Shown one piece after another: positions 35,946-57,063 of a stretch of DNA of 64,000 bases. Numbering within the stretch: the first letter of the stretch is position 1; each line of letters starts with the position of its first letter. Under the pieces are notes generated by a model. The model was not told where the DNA came from and ran no database searches. It was given only the letters and a program-made list of their open reading frames with translations. The position numbers were made by a program, and so were the translations under genes. The stretch is from Amoebidium appalachense (taxonomy: Eukaryota; Protista; Ichthyosporea), in the NCBI GenBank assembly GCA_963693365.1, contig CAVNZM010000003.1, positions 15,477,675 through 15,541,674 on the forward strand, read 5' to 3'.

Positions 35946-37108
35946 CGGGGTACAAAAATCATTACGTCTATGCGAAGGCTGAGACACCTTGGATTTGATT
36001 GAAATTTACCAGGCTAAGCCGTTGACAGTGGCTGCTGTCCCACAATCACAGCCCCTCCTCTGTGCATCACACCAGCTGACTTACTCCCCAAAGATGGGTG
36101 ACCGTCCATACAGATACATTGCCACTGTGGTGGTTGCATTGTTCTATCTGGTGAACACCCCAAAGGTCTTTAAAGGTCACCCCTAAGAAAAGCTGCCGTG
36201 GGATCGATATCCTATTTAATCCCCCCTCCTTCCCCCAGGCCCCCCGGGCCCTAAACCTCCCCTCCCCTTCCCCCTAGGTCCCCCCCCCCCCTCCCCCCCC
36301 CCCCCCCCCCAAAAAAAAACAAACAAAACAACAACAACAAGCACACACACAGGGCCCTTTCCCCATATATTATTACCTCTGTGACCTGAAAACCAATACA
36401 TCCACCCACCCTCTCCCTACATACATACCTCACTCGTTTGCTGATCAGTTACACCGCTGAACTTGATACCGTCTGCGGTCTAAACCTCCCCCCCCCCCCC
36501 CCCCTTTTCCTCGCTCCCTTCACTAGCACCTCCTACAACATTTAGAACTTGTCTCTTACCTGGACCCCGTGGACTAGTACCAATCAATGGCACATTTTTG
36601 CACATCGCTTTCCCCTTAAGAACCACCTAGCTATATAGACCACCCTCGATATTGATGAATATTCTTGCCACATAATGCCACAAAAAACACCAACATCGTC
36701 ATTCCATTGCTTGTCTCAGTGTAGTCCTTTAACGAATATTCTAAGCTGGTCTAATCTGCTCCTTCGCAATCGGCCCCTTTCCAAAGGCCACCTCGGGTAA
36801 CCAGGGCGGAATAGTTTCGTCATATGATTTGATAAGCTGCAGGCCACGAGGCAAGTAATATTGACATGTGCCCGTGTGGTGAGTACGGAATAAATCAAGT
36901 TCCTCTTGTGCTTCAAAAGTTGGTGTGCCCACTGTCCAACTAATTATTATATAATCGGGGGACAGGACTGAGGCGATAGATAAAACGACAAGGGGGAAGG
37001 GTGGAGAAGGGGAGGAGAGGGGGGGGAGGGGGTGTTGTTGTTGTTGTTGTTGTTGTTGTGGGTATTTGTGTGTGTGTGTGTTGACATATGGGGGGAGGGA
37101 AGGGGGGG

Positions 37109-37548
37109 TTTAAATGCGGAGCACGGAGTACGCATACACGACGAGAAGCATGGTGCAGGACACATGCAAAGGCAAACATATAGGTATGCAACATCAGCCA
37201 TGTGCACAGTATGCGTCATAAGTAGAGCCCATCCTCAGGGAGGACCCAAGTCATCAATTGCGTCTGAGTTTCGACCCCTTAGCCCGCGTATATACGACGC
37301 TCCAACTCAGACAGCAGCATCAACTGAACTTGGGCGGGTCAACCTGTCTTGATCAAAGACGAGCAGGGTTGCTTATGCAAGCAAGGTGAGCAAAACGGTG
37401 AAGATGTGTGTGCAAACTAATGCAGTGCAGAGAATAATGCGAATGTGCCTACAGATGCACGACACAGAGCAACCATGCCCGGTTGCATGGAAGTAAAGCG
37501 GTCTCCACACAGTGGTCTGTCCTGAAAGGACACCTCTGAAAGAAGGCT
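37109..37548 (-). mobile_element. Family A (A1) candidate complete ~440-nt monomer
   Basis: Bounded by G7 at 37102-37108 and G7 at 37549-37555. Contains the full structured core shared with 4238-4486. Confidence 0.7.
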
Positions 37549-37555
37549 GGGGGGG

Positions 37556-37684
37556 TTTGAATGCGGAACACGGTACGAAGTACGCATACACGACGAGAAG
37601 CATGGTGCAGGACACATGCAAAGGCAAACATTCAAGTATGCAACATCAGCCATGTGCACAGTATGCGTCATAAGCAGAGCCCAG
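37556..37684 (-). mobile_element. Family A (A1) truncated copy, head-to-tail with the monomer
   Basis: Same 3' end as the other copies; poly-G to its right. Confidence 0.85.
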
Positions 37685-38229
37685 GAAGGGGGGGGGGGGG
37701 AGGGGAAGGCAGCAGTTTGGGGGGAAGGGGACCGGGGGGGGAGGAAGGTGTGTGTGTGTGTGTGTGCGTGCGTGCGCGCACGCGGTGCAGTCCAACAATT
37801 GAAATCATTGCGCCACACAACATGGCTCAGAAAAATGGTCTTTTTTCATACACAAATATTGACAGTCTATCCGATAATCATTTTCATAACCCTGACTAAA
37901 CATGTGCACTTACAGTAAGTAAGCTCTTACAGTATTCATACACATCACATACAGTCATTATAACATGTGCATACACACATTCAAACAGGTTTACTGAAAT
38001 ACTGATGACTACAAACTGCTCCTGACGTTTCACTAAATCTCAAATTGTTAAAAAAAATGTGCGTATGAGTTGGATGAGCATTGCCATGCTATCATGGCTG
38101 TGTGTGCTCGCACACGTGTGAGGGGTTGCCGCAGGTGATAGTTTCGTGTGTGTATTTGGGGTCTTTATGCGTATTTTTCGTGACTAATAGTGCGCCACTA
38201 CCGCTGCTGGGTCAAATCCTCGCTGCTAT

Positions 38230-45597
<7,368 letters not shown>

Positions 45598-46948
45598 TTT
45601 TCTTGTTTGAGTGTGGGTGCGGTGGCGTGTTGTATAGTGGTGATGTCCAGACGATCACGGGAATGCTAGGCCTTTGGTCGTGCACAATGATGCAGCATGG
45701 AGCGCACTGTAAAGAGGGCTAATAGATAGGTTTCGAACTCAAAGCCAAAGGAAGTGTATAGTTGTATCTGTTGGTGCTCTTGTGCTCTTCAATCCAAGTA
45801 GGACTCATTCGGTCCGTTCCCTTTTCGTTTAGGCCTACAACGTGAGTCAACGAAACAAAGCGAAACAAACGGTGGCGAAACTGGGGTTCCGAAATCGGAC
45901 GCCACGCAATACCCATATATGGTTATCTGGGCTGGCTATTAGCCAATCAGAAGCCTGAAGGCGTTTGTTTGTTGTCATGTGGGCCCCTCGCTCATTGGCT
46001 GGGTAATTAGACCACAGATTCCACATTTTTCCACGTCATTCAATGTTTGCCTGCCTGCGCTGGTGAATAAAACGGTTATTGAAATGTACAGAAAAAGGCA
46101 CTGCCAAGGAAAAAATACTCTGTTGTCTGTCCTTATCAAAGGGGGATAATGCTCACGATGCATGGATATATACAGTGGTTTATGTTCATCAAAGGCTCGA
46201 CAAAAAAAATAATTATGTCAACTTTGAAGAAGCCGGCCGGTGTGACAGCCCAATCAAATGAAGGTGAGCAAGTCGATTACAATGTAACCAATCATTAATA
46301 GCTAACGCCAGAAAGAGTGTAAAAGAGTATTTGATGACACAGAGGTTACGGACACGGAAGCAAGAGGTGAAATGCTTCTGGTGCTTAGAAAACTTACCAT
46401 ATGTTATGTGTAAAATATGTATTGTATTAGAGTACTGCAAGAAATCGCTGGGTACGTTTTGTTTGCTCTCAATAAGAGAGTCTTTGGTAGTGGGTACAAA
46501 CTCCCTCTGCAACACATGAAGAAACCCAAACTCCCGCTCATTTAGCCCTCCTCCAGCCCTTGCTCTCTGATCAACATGCACTGAACTAACAAAACAAACA
46601 CGTGCACAACGCTCTCCCTCGTTTCCTGTGCCTCGAATTGGTGATTTGGCTCTAATTTATAAGCACCCACGCTGCTATTGTGAGGTAAGAAGCACACAGC
46701 AATGACTGTAAGACGTGCATGCACTTCACGTCCTACTCTTGACCGGTTTTTCTTGAGCAATCGCCACCTCCTTGGTCTAGCAGGGGCGATGAATAAAAGG
46801 CATTTTGGCAAAAGCGATCCTAGGGTTCTGTGAGGGAAAGACTTAATAGCGACTCGAGTTTTATCTCTTACACACATAAGCATGTCATATGTTTAATTAA
46901 GCATATTCACTGACATAACCTATTATCCTCGTGCAGGTAGTAGTCACG
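45598..46948. promoter_or_regulatory. Divergent (head-to-head) promoter region for the FOXK-like and cyclophilin genes
   Basis: Lies between opposing ATGs and is free of microsatellites. CCAAT boxes at 45943, 45994 (rev), 46250, 46288; possible 5'UTR intron ending at CAG 46936. Confidence 0.5.
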
Positions 46949-47245
46949 ATGGTCAACCCGCGCGTGTTCTTCGACATAGAGATTGAGGGCCAGAAGCCAA
47001 GGAAGGTCGTCTTTGAGCTCTTTGCAGATGTGGTAAGAAGCACTGCCCTCCGTGTTCTCAGAGAAACATACTCACTCAATCGCCAACCCAAACCCCCGTC
47101 CCCCCCCCCCCCCCCCCCCCCTCCCCCCCTCCCCCCTTTCCCCCTCCTCCCCCTCCCCCCTCCGGAGGTTGGGCTGGTGTCTGCGTGGTGTTGTCGTCAA
47201 GGATGTTCATACTCTGAAACGCATTTCCACCCCCACCATCCACAA

Positions 47246-47333
<88 letters not shown>

Positions 47334-49375
47334 CCACTCTCTACCGCCTGCCCCTTCTACTGTGAGCTGCATCTTTCGATTCATGATTTTGGCCGAGTAG
47401 TCGTAGTTCCTTATTCATAAACCCACAACACCGCACAAAAAAAACCGCACACAACCATAGACCATATGAAGTTGCAATACGTAACAATAGCCTGTAGCGA
47501 TCCTTTGCCGCTAACCTTTCACTCTCTCTCACCAGTCTCTAGTAGCCCCCCCAGTGCTCAAGTTTATTCCCTTGTGGACCTCCCCTCCTGCATCACTTGA
47601 CCTCGTTTTCTTCTTAGCTCCGCATGACCGGCTGAATCCCCCCCCCCCCCCCCCCCCTCCCCCCCCCCCCCACATCCCTGCCACCGCCCCCCCCCACCCC
47701 CCCCCCCCCCCACCCCCCCCCTCCCTTCCCCCCCCCCCAACTCCCCCCTGTCCCTTTCCATCTGTTACACTGCATCACCTTTGGGAGAACAACACCATGC
47801 TTGGCACAAGAAACTTACTGTGTGTACAGGTGCCCAAGACGGCAGAGAATTTCCGTGCGCTATGTACAGGGGAGAAGGGGAAGACCATGGGGGGCAAACC
47901 CCTCCACTACAAGGGTTCAACCTTCCATCGCATCATCCCAAGTACGCTTGGGCGGCTGGGGGGGGGGGGGGGGGGGAGGGGGGAGGGGGAGGGGGAGGTG
48001 GATGGGTGGGGAGGGAGGGAAGGTTGGGGTGGGGAGTGGACAGGGGGGGGGGGGGGGGGGCGACGGTGGGGGGAGGAAGCCTCGGAGAGGGGGGGGGGGG
48101 GGGAGGGGCGGGGATAACGAACAAAGAGATCATGGCACGGATTTGGGAAGAAATGGTTGGGGTGCGGTTTGCTGGATTGGAGGAGGGGAGGAGGCAGTCT
48201 CCAGTGCTTTTGGTCTGGCGTGGGTGGGGTGGGGGGAGGGGGGATGGAGGGGGAAAGGGAGGGCTGGGGGAAGGGAGGGGAAGGGGTTGGTGGGGGGACG
48301 AGGGTGGGTAGGTGGGGGAGGGTGTATGGGTGTGTGTATGGGTGTGTGTATGGGTGTGTGTATGGGTGTGTGTATGGGCGTGTGTATGGGTGTGTGTATG
48401 GGTGTGTGTATGGGTGTGTATGGGTGTGTGTATGGGTGTGTGTATGGGTGTGTGTATGGGTGTGTATGGGTGTGTATGGGTGTGTATGGGTGTGTATGGG
48501 TGTGTGTATGGGTGTGTATGGGTGTGTATGGGTGTGTGTATGGTGTGTATGGGTGTGTGTATGGGTGTGGGGTTTCAAGGGCGGTGGTGGTGGGAAGCTG
48601 GGTGGGTGGGTGGGTAGGGGAGGAAGGGTGGGTGGGTTTGAGGGGGGGGGGGGAGGGGGAGTGTGATGAGGGTAGGGGGTTTTGAAGGGGTGAAAGTGAA
48701 ACAGGCATGCGGTCAGTGGTGTTTGTGGTTTTGTTCTCGAGCATGCCGTATATGGTCATGTGTGGGTTGGAAAGTGGCACTAATAATTAGGGACGCAGGA
48801 GGTGTCCGGTAGTGCAGGCAACAGTCCCTTCTATACGTAATAAATCAATTAATTGCATATGTAATAACTTATTAATTCCATAAATTCCGATTTCAGACCT
48901 CTAAAATCCTAATTATACCATTTTCTGGATTTAGGATTTTTATTTTTATCTTATATCCTGACGGAAGCTTGGAATAAGAGAAGAGAAGAAAGGAGAGAGA
49001 CTTATCTCAATGGCGGGAGAGTTTTTTCGGTTTTGTTGCCCCTTCGTATTTCTGGTTGATGCTACGTGCCCCTCTATCTCACACCCTCTAAGCCTTGTTA
49101 GGCACTCTTCTCGAACCCCCCCCCCCCCTCCCCCCCCCCCCAATTTCCCCTTTCCCCAACCCTATCACCACTCGAAGGCAAGCATCGATTATTTCCCTCT
49201 GACTTTTTTTCCTTCGTTCACCTGTAACACCTCTCCATCTCTTTGTGCTGTGGAACACACTCTAAACTAGCCTTCTTTTCCTTATCCATACACACACACA
49301 CAAACACATACACATACTTTCTCACCCACATACAAAAACACACACATGCAGACATGCGCGCACACGCACGCACAC

Positions 49376-49434
<59 letters not shown>

Positions 49435-49827
49435 CACTTGTCTACTCTCTGCAACTCCCTCCTTGGGTGGTGTGCCGGCACCCTCCAGATTTCATGTGCC
49501 AAGGCGGAGGTCAGTTGCAGCCCCCCTCCCCCCCCCCCCCCCCCCCCCTCCCCTCGTTCGCCCCCTCCCTCCTTATCCCCCCTTCTCCCACCAGCCGTCT
49601 CCCCCCCCCCCCCCCCCCCCCCCCCCCCAACACACACACACACATTGCCCACTGTTCATTCCTGCGTACTGCCTTCCCCTCTCCTTACTTTCAGCCTCCC
49701 TTGTCCCCCTCCCCCCCTCCCCCCCCCCCCCCCCCCTCCCCCCGCGCCACCCCATCCTCACCCCCACGCCTCGCCCTGCCCCCCTTTTTCTGCCCCCTTC
49801 CCCCCCCCCCCCCCCTCCCCTCCCCCT

Positions 49828-49858
<31 letters not shown>

Positions 49859-50804
49859 AAAAGTCATAAGAATTCATGATAGAATTATATATTTTTTCTG
49901 ACTGAATAACACCGCGTTTCATTCACACACCCCCTCCCAACGTTTTCCTCTGATATTTGTGCCTGTGCACGTCTACTTACCTTGTTCTATGAGCACAGGG
50001 ACTAAGCTAGGATAGACAAATAAGACTGAAACAGACTGGAACACACGTGAATACACTATACACTGCAACAGGCTGAAACAGGCTGGCTAGAAAAAATGAC
50101 GGAAGTAGGATAGAAAATACAATATTAGGCCAGACTGGATGGAATATACTAACAAATTGGAATACAATAGAATAGACTAGAACACAAAAGATACATTAGT
50201 AGTAACTGACGGTGTGCATTTGGTCAGATTTCACCAAAGGCAATGGCACGGGGGGGAGTCCATCTATGGTAACAAGTTCAAGGTACAACAACCCCCCCCC
50301 CCCTTCCTCCTCCCCCCTTTCCCTCTTCCCTCGCCTGGAACATTGGCAATATTTTGTCCGTCGTGAATGTGCATTCTGTACCTCCCCCCCCCCCCCCCCC
50401 CCCCCCCTCCCCAGCACCCACCTACTGTCACCTATCCGCATGTCTCTTGCTCATCACCCCCTCTGTTTTCCATCTCCATGGTGGTTGCCCTGTGTGAACT
50501 TCAGGTAGTCATTTTGGAATCACATAGACCACCTGCTCCCCCCTCTCCGCCCTCCCCCCCCCCCCCCCCCCCCCCCTCCCCCACACACACACACATCAAT
50601 AGTGTGTCTGATGCCCATCGTCTAACGCACTGCCACCACTGCATCCCTCCAGTCTTTGTAGTGGAATGTGGCACACAGTATTTGGTATGCATTTGCAGCA
50701 CGGTGCATGGTGTCTGGGTGCCTCTGCAGCTTGTATGCTGCCCACGATCATCTGAATGCTTGCCAAAGCCTAGTTCTTGCCATCCAACCCCTCCATCACC
50801 CCTC

Positions 50805-50849
<45 letters not shown>

Positions 50850-51396
50850 ACATCAATAGTGTGTCTGATGCCCATCGCCTATAGCACTGCCACCACTGCA
50901 TCCCTCCAGTCTTTGTAGTGGAATGGGGCACACAGTATTTGGTATGCATTTGCAGCACGGTGAATGGTGTCTGGGTGCCTCTGCAGCATGTATGCTGCCC
51001 ACGATCATCTGAATGCTTGCCAAAGCCTAGTTCTTGCCATCCAACCCCTCCATCCCCCCTCTCCCCCCTCTCCCCCTCCCCTGAGTTGGAGAGTCGTTTT
51101 TACGTGGGCTCATGTGCCGAAGCTCTGACCCAATTAATGACTTGGGCCCTCCCCGGTGATGGGCTCTGCTTATGACGCATACTATGCGCATTGCTGATGT
51201 TGCACACTTGAATGTTTGCCTTTACATGTGTCCTGCACCTTGCTTCTCATCTTGTTGTGTACTTCGTGCCGTATTTCGCATTCAACCCCCCCCCCCCCCC
51301 CCCCCCCCCTCCCCCATGCACACTCACATATTAACAAATCCCTCCCCCCCCCTCACACACACATACATTACACAACCAAAGATTGACACATGCACA

Positions 51397-51488
<92 letters not shown>

Positions 51489-51637
51489 ATGAGAACTTCA
51501 AGCTCAAGCACACATCGCCGGGGCTTCTCTCTATGGCCAATGCCGGGCCAAACACAAACGGTTCTCAGTTTTTCATCACCACCGCTGTAACCAGGCATTT
51601 GGATGGTGGGTTGGTGCAGGCACATGTACACAGATAT

Positions 51638-51686
<49 letters not shown>

Positions 51687-52616
51687 CACACATGCACATA
51701 CATGCACATGTCCGCGGGCGCACCCACCCACCTACACACACACGCACACACACACACACACACGCACACACACTCACACAGACACATACACCATTGCATA
51801 TACACACATTCGCTAGCCAAAATGGGCATCGGTTGAGTTAAGGGATGGAGGTGACGGGTTGGAGGTTTTGGTCTGAAAGCAAGGGGGGGGGGGGGGGGGG
51901 GGGGGGGATTGGAGGCACACTGACTTTTTTCTGATATCAATACCTGCTGATCCCTCCCCCTTCCCCCCCCCCCCCCCCCCCCCCCACCCACCCACCCACC
52001 GGTTCACAGCCATTCGGCGGTGCACACCAATGAGTGTATGTGCAGGCACGGACACACAAACGTAAACACACACACGCACACACGCACACACACACACACA
52101 ATCCGACACACGCAAGTAACAAGACAGGGGCACACACAAAATGCACCGATGCACCCATCATACACCATCACTTCTCCCCCCCCCTCCCCCCTCCCCCCTT
52201 CTCCCTCTCCACACACACACGCACACACGCACAGGAAAGCACGTTGTTTTCGGCAAAGTGGTAGAAGGCATGGACGTCATCAAGGCCATGGAGGCTGTGG
52301 TATGTGATATTTTTAGACCAATGCCCTATAAATAACATGTTGTATGTCTATTTTTAGACCATTACCCTATAAATAGCATGCACGTACAGGCTACTATGAG
52401 AGGAGTTGGGTGATACCAACTAGTATTTCGATTGCCACGCTGCCTTTATGAAGCAGTAGCCAAAGTGATGCGGTGGGGATAGCAAAGAAGGCTGGTGTTT
52501 GTGTATTGTCCCCGGGGGGGGGGAGGGGGGGGGGGGGGGGGAGGTGAGGGGAATTGGGTCCTGGTAGCAAGGTAGAATGCATTCTTCACGAGTAATGGAT
52601 AGTGGTGTGTGCGTGT

Positions 52617-52663
<47 letters not shown>

Positions 52664-53086
52664 AGAGAGAGAGAGGGGGGGACAGAGGGCGGGGCAGGAG
52701 CGGGGGGAAGGGCTGGGGATGATGAGCTGGATAGCCAATGTGACCTTGTGATGTGAGTGTGTGGTACCCTGCAAATATATCCCTCCTCCTCCCCCTCCCC
52801 CACCCCTTTCATTCGTCTCATCCATCCCCTTATCATAGCCATGCATGAAGCTCCCATCATTGAGCAAACACACTCACGAAACCCGTATACCCCCCTCCCC
52901 CCCCCCCCCCCCCCCCCCCCCCCGCCTCCCCCCTCCCCCCGCCTTCTCAGACCTTTAATGCATAGGTTACCCCCCGTCCCTTTCACTCCTTTGACTTCCA
53001 TGACTTACCGCATCTGCATACAACATCCATCCTTCATACACAGAGACACGTGCAGCCCCCCCCCCCCCCCAAAAAAAAAAAAAAAA

Positions 53087-53128
<42 letters not shown>

Positions 53129-53833
53129 GCACACAAGGAGGTACCCCTCGTAAACGTGTGACGATTGTTGACTGCGGTGAGCTCGCAGAGCAGAGGGGGG
53201 TCAAGCGGTCCGCAGATGATGGTGTGTTTTCAAACCCTGGCTCCCCTTTCCCCTCCCTTTTCACCCCACCTTCCCTGTCCCCTTCCATCCCTACGTCTGT
53301 CCCTGCATTTCTTCCCTTTCCATCCACCCGTTCGAGTATGTTCTGCCTGCCCTGCTGATTTTAAAGAATTGATTTCGGGTTTCTTATGTTTGTGATTTTT
53401 GTGTTTTGTCCCTTGGCGTCTCTTTCTCGATACCTGCAACCCTTCCAGGCATGCATCCCCCAAAATACCCAATGACGTGGACGTATGGCCAACCCGTTCA
53501 ACGATTGGCTGCCCCCTTCACATTATGTACCTATTCTAACCCTATGACACACTCAAAATACTTCCGCTGATACATTCTGCTTACTAGCGTCATGCATTCT
53601 GCTCGCTGCACTTATATTTTTTCTTACACATTCCCCTTACTTCACTAACACATATACACACACCACTGACTCACTCTACTTGAATTCCGTCTTATTTCGT
53701 TTTTATTTTTATTTTAACTTCCTATTTCAGGCGCGGAGCAGAAGTCCAAAGCAAACCCCAAAGTTTTTTTCGATGTCCAAATCGGCTCCCAGCCCGCTGG
53801 CCGCATAGAGATGGAGTTGTTTGCTGATGTGGT

Positions 53834-53883
<50 letters not shown>

Positions 53884-54064
53884 ACCGTGTATCCATGTGA
53901 CTAGGTCAAGCCACCAGCACGGCGTAACATGCAAAATTTCGGCATGCACAACTGCCAATATAGGTGTGGTGTCTGCCCGGCTTGGTTGTGTGTGCGGTTT
54001 GTGTGGTTGCATGTGTGTGGGTGTCGGATCGGGCGTGTGGGAATTACTCTCTCTCTCTCTCTCC

Positions 54065-54102
<38 letters not shown>

Positions 54103-54358
54103 ATGTGCATGTTTGCCATACCCGGGAAGTAATCCGCCCCATTCTTTCTGATTGGTGGGGCATCCTCGGTTCCCGGAAGATGATTGGCCATCCATTAACA
54201 GCTGCCATGGCCTTTCATGCCATTGGCTGGTGTCGGAGGGCGGCTAAATCTTAGAAACAGTTTTGAGTGTCTAGGCTACTACCGAATACATGGTTGTAAC
54301 TGCTCGAGCACTGTGTGGTTAGAATGATTGGCGCGCATAGGGTCTGCATCTTTCCCTG

Positions 54359-54405
<47 letters not shown>

Positions 54406-55117
54406 GCGTGCATGTGAGTGTGAATGTGAATATCCCGTAGAAGTGGTATTGGAAGTGCCTCCCCCCCCCCCTCCTCCCTCTCCCCTCGGCCCTCCCCCTC
54501 CCCCTCGCCCCTTGCCCTCCCAACCCCCTCATGTTAGAATCTAGCCTAAGCCGGAGAAATTAAAGCTACACCGTTTTTAATTGGTGGAGCTAGCTCGGTC
54601 CCCGGAAGATGGTAGGCCGCCAAATAACAGCTGCCATGGTTGGCTCTTACCATTGGCTGGTGTCGGAGGGCGGCAAGATCTTTTGTTATGAAATACACTC
54701 GTTCACCGTGATAGTTTATGTCGTTTTCCTTTTTTTTTCCTGCCTTTTTTTTTTTTTGGCATTTTGTTTTTAGCAAAGAGTATACGTGCACGTAGCTGAT
54801 ATGCTTGTGGGTGGACAGGTTCCTAAAACGGCGGAAAATTTCCGAGCATTGTGCACGGGGGAGAAAGGAAAGGGGAAGACTGGCAAGGCACTACACTATA
54901 AAGGTGGGTGGGTGGTGAGTGGGGTCGGGGGAGGGGGGGGGGGGGTGATAAGTTCATCTTTCGTTTCTTAAATGTTTTGGTTTGTTATCTTTGTTTGGTT
55001 GTGCCAGTCCCTCTGGGGCAGATACATGTGTATGTTTATATCTGTATTATTCCTTCTTTGTTTCGTATTTGGGTATGGCGACAGGGGCAGCGGCAGTAGG
55101 TGTGTGTGTTTGGGGGG

Positions 55118-55148
<31 letters not shown>

Positions 55149-56468
55149 GGGTGGGGGGGAGGTAGTAAAGAAATGTACAAGGGGACAAGAAACTATTTAT
55201 AGACAGAATGCAAACAGTGCAAAGAAAGGGTACATACCATGTGGAGGAGGGGGAGCTGATTTTTGGGCTTGTGGTTTGTTAGCGTTTTGTTTTTCTTTTT
55301 TCTTTTGTCTCCTTACTTTTCTTCGTCATTTTTGGGGAGGGGTGTGTGTGTGTGTGTGAGGGACGGGGGTGGATGATAGTTTGCTAATCATGTCTGAATC
55401 CTGTTGACCGCATTAACCCCTTTGCAGGGTCCAAGTTCCATCGGGTCATTCCTCAATTCATGCTGCAGGGTGGTGGTAAGCTAACCCCCCCCCCCCCCCC
55501 CCCCCCCCCCAGGTAACGCCTGCCCCCGTTTCCCTCCCACCCTCCCATTCTCCCTACGACTCCTTAAGCCCAAATCCTCCCCCCCCCCCCCCCCCCCCCT
55601 TGCCCCTCTTGGTCCCCACAAGCATGCACACACCTTTCTTGATTCATGGAGTGGCAAATATTCACGCACATTCCCAGCGGGTAGCAGTGCACTACAACCA
55701 TCAAACGTGCCCTTACCACCACACCGTCAACGCGGTTCTTATCCACACTACCTTCTTTTTCTGCGTCTACCTGACATGCAGCAAATGCTTTACAGCCAAA
55801 AGACCGCATGGCCTACATTTTAGTATTATTGTTTTTACCTGCCTCTGATCGTTAATCCCACCAATCAGATTTCACTGCTGGCAATGGTACTGGTGGTGAG
55901 TCCATCTACGGCACTAAGTTTGCGGTACCAACCCTCCTCCCCCCCCCCCCCCCCCCCCATCCCCCTCCTCCCCCAACACACATACACACGAAACCCCCTT
56001 TCCTCCTCCCCCTCCCCCAACACATACAAACGAACCCCCCCCTCCTACACCCCCTCCCCCAACACACATACACCCGAAACCCCCTCTCCTCCTCCTCCTC
56101 CCCCAACACACATGCACACGAACCCGCCCTCCTCCTTCCCCCCCCCCCCCCCCCCCCCCAACAGCCTTCTTCGACAGGTCTGCCACCTTTATGCTTGTAA
56201 CATGAGCACACACGCAACGCGCTCCGATAACACAAGCTTGTGACAAACGCCTAAGCCCAAACCTCATAACTGCTTCAATGCACAAACACATGAGCCGACC
56301 GAACACACGCACAGTGCTCACAAGAAAACACCCAAACCGAATTATCCCCACACACACACACGGGCCATTTATACATCCACACGAGCACGTGCTTCCGCTC
56401 ATCTACAACATCTGCATTACGACCACGGCGGCCTTACGGTGCAGTAGTCGAGAAGAAGACTTAGCTAG

Positions 56469-56502
<34 letters not shown>

Positions 56503-56740
56503 CTCCCCTCCCCCCTCCCTTTCTTGGAACACACCCAGGTCGTCCGACGTGAGGGCATGCACACAAGGACACATGCAGACACACACATACCCATGCACAC
56601 ACAAACACACACGCACATACGAGTGCACACGCGGGGGGTTGCACATGCGCGCGCACACAAGCACACACACAAATATCAACCCACCACCACAGCCAGTCAT
56701 ACTCACCACCACCAGTCGGCCAAAGGCAGAAACACATGCA

Positions 56741-56778
<38 letters not shown>

Positions 56779-56946
56779 TTGTGGAACACACTCATGTTGT
56801 CCGACGCACGTGCATGCACACACACAAACAAACAAACAAACAAACAAACAAACAAACATTGACACGCATACTAACCATCACCACCACCACCACTACTCAG
56901 TCCAAGGCACAACCACATGCATGCAGACATACACTGCACACAGAAG

Positions 56947-56994
<48 letters not shown>

Positions 56995-57019
56995 ATACAC
57001 ACACACGTGCGCGCGCGCA

Positions 57020-57063
<44 letters not shown>

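Larger units (their letters stand above)
21896..36190 (+). repeat. Local dispersed repeat family B, five diverged copies (~21896-22030, 22903-23050, 24268-24345, 34591-34790, 36036-36190)
   Basis: Shared CCCACAATCACAGCCCC...CACCAGCTGA...GGTGACCACCC core in all five; AAGGTCACCC in most. All in the same orientation. Confidence 0.65.
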
